Below, one piece after another: positions 63,301 to 64,000 of a DNA stretch of 64,000 bases; positions within the stretch are counted from its first letter, which is position 1, and each line of letters opens with the position of its first letter. The notes beneath the pieces were generated by a model. The model did no database searches, was not told the DNA's origin, and saw only the letters and a program-made list of their open reading frames with translations. Origin of the DNA: Phoronis australis (Eukaryota; Animalia; Phoronida); contig NMRA01000236.1 in the NCBI GenBank assembly GCA_002633005.1, positions 279,030 through 343,029 of the forward strand. Reading direction: 5' to 3'. Made by a program: the position numbers and the translations under genes.

Positions 63301-63783
63301 TCAGACTCTATTACCCGACGATCTAGATTCAGTCCTTGGTCGGGAGTAACTTCTCGGGCGTTCTGGTAAATATTCAATTCCTCGAGATGAGCGCGATTGC
63401 CTCTTTGGAGGAGGTTCAGCCATGAGCTTCAGTGCGTTGGGAGATCTTGATAACCTTCTTGGTACACCCTCAGCGATATTTTGATCATGAAGTGCTGGTT
63501 CTTGAAAACCTCTGCTGCTGCGTCTTACGTCATCCGCTCGTGAAGACCTGCTGCTACGCCTTAGGTCTTCGGCTCTGCTGTGACGTCTTTGGTCTTCTAC
63601 TCTTAAGACTGAATGCCTACTACGTCTCGCGTCTTCTGCGGGTGAGCTAGGAGGCCTAACTGCAGACGGCTTGCTCCCAGATCTGCTATGTCGTCTGCTG
63701 CTTCTCCTACTGGGCCGTCTTCGCCTTCTAAATCGATCGTGAATGGGCCTGACCGCATATGCCATGACTTCGTGAATTTCAGT
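63301..63783 (-). CDS. Probable last coding exon of a convergent gene; Arg/Ser-rich low-complexity C-terminus
   Basis: Minus-strand acceptor TTTCATTTCCAG just upstream of 63783, in frame with the 154-aa ORF. Stop at 63301, AATAAA near 63185. Upstream exons would lie outside the window. Confidence 0.5.
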   Translation of the reverse strand, partial: TEIHEVMAYAVRPIHDRFRRRRRPSRRSSRRHSRSGSKPSAVRPPSSPAEDARRSRHSVLRVEDQRRHSRAEDLRRSSRSSRADDVRRSSRGFQEPALHDQNIAEGVPRRLSRSPNALKLMAEPPPKRQSRSSRGIEYLPERPRSYSRPRTESRSSGNRV

Positions 63784-63914
63784 CTGGAAATGAAATAAAT
63801 GTCAAGTGTTTGCGGCGTCACACCTCTAAATGTCACGTTATAATTTAAGCATGATGCAAAGCAAATTAGCCGTTTTGTGGATGTTGTCTGTTGGCTCAAA
63901 TTAATCACCGTGTA

Positions 63915-64000
63915 CAGTGGCGGATCTACGTTTTCAGTAAGGGGGGGTTTAGGATTCCCGCAAAGGTCGAATCCGAGGCGCGTGGCGCCGAGCGGGGGGG
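63915..64000. mobile_element. Left end of CAGTGGCGGATCTAC MITE (truncated by window edge)
   Basis: The first ~35 bp nearly match 762-795. Confidence 0.65.

Overview
Repeat-rich eukaryotic (metazoan, probably invertebrate) genomic DNA. Genes are interrupted by GT-AG introns, so most ORF-track entries are spurious or fragments. Host genes: a complete 10-exon GCAT (2-amino-3-ketobutyrate CoA ligase, 44417-60607, +); a 5-exon small four-transmembrane MS4A/CD20-like gene (13684-23508, +); and a probable last exon of a convergent Arg/Ser-rich gene at the right edge. Retroelements: a full-length decayed L1/Tx1-clade LINE with an 11-bp TSD, containing a nested Penelope-like element (GIY-YIG ORF, tRNA-Ser-like Pol III module, two hammerhead ribozyme copies); a full-length Gypsy element (LTRs, tRNA-Leu PBS, PPT, ATTAG TSD); and a solo LTR inside a tRNA-SINE. 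DNA transposons: an internally deleted Kolobok-like element (TTAA, THAP plus second ORF); a HIRAN-domain-carrying remnant; a hAT/BED remnant; many MITEs; and four copies of a Helentron/DINE-like repeat whose ~150-bp subunits each carry a CTCF-like motif. No rRNA, CRISPR or prokaryotic features are seen. All calls were made by eye; no database searches were run.
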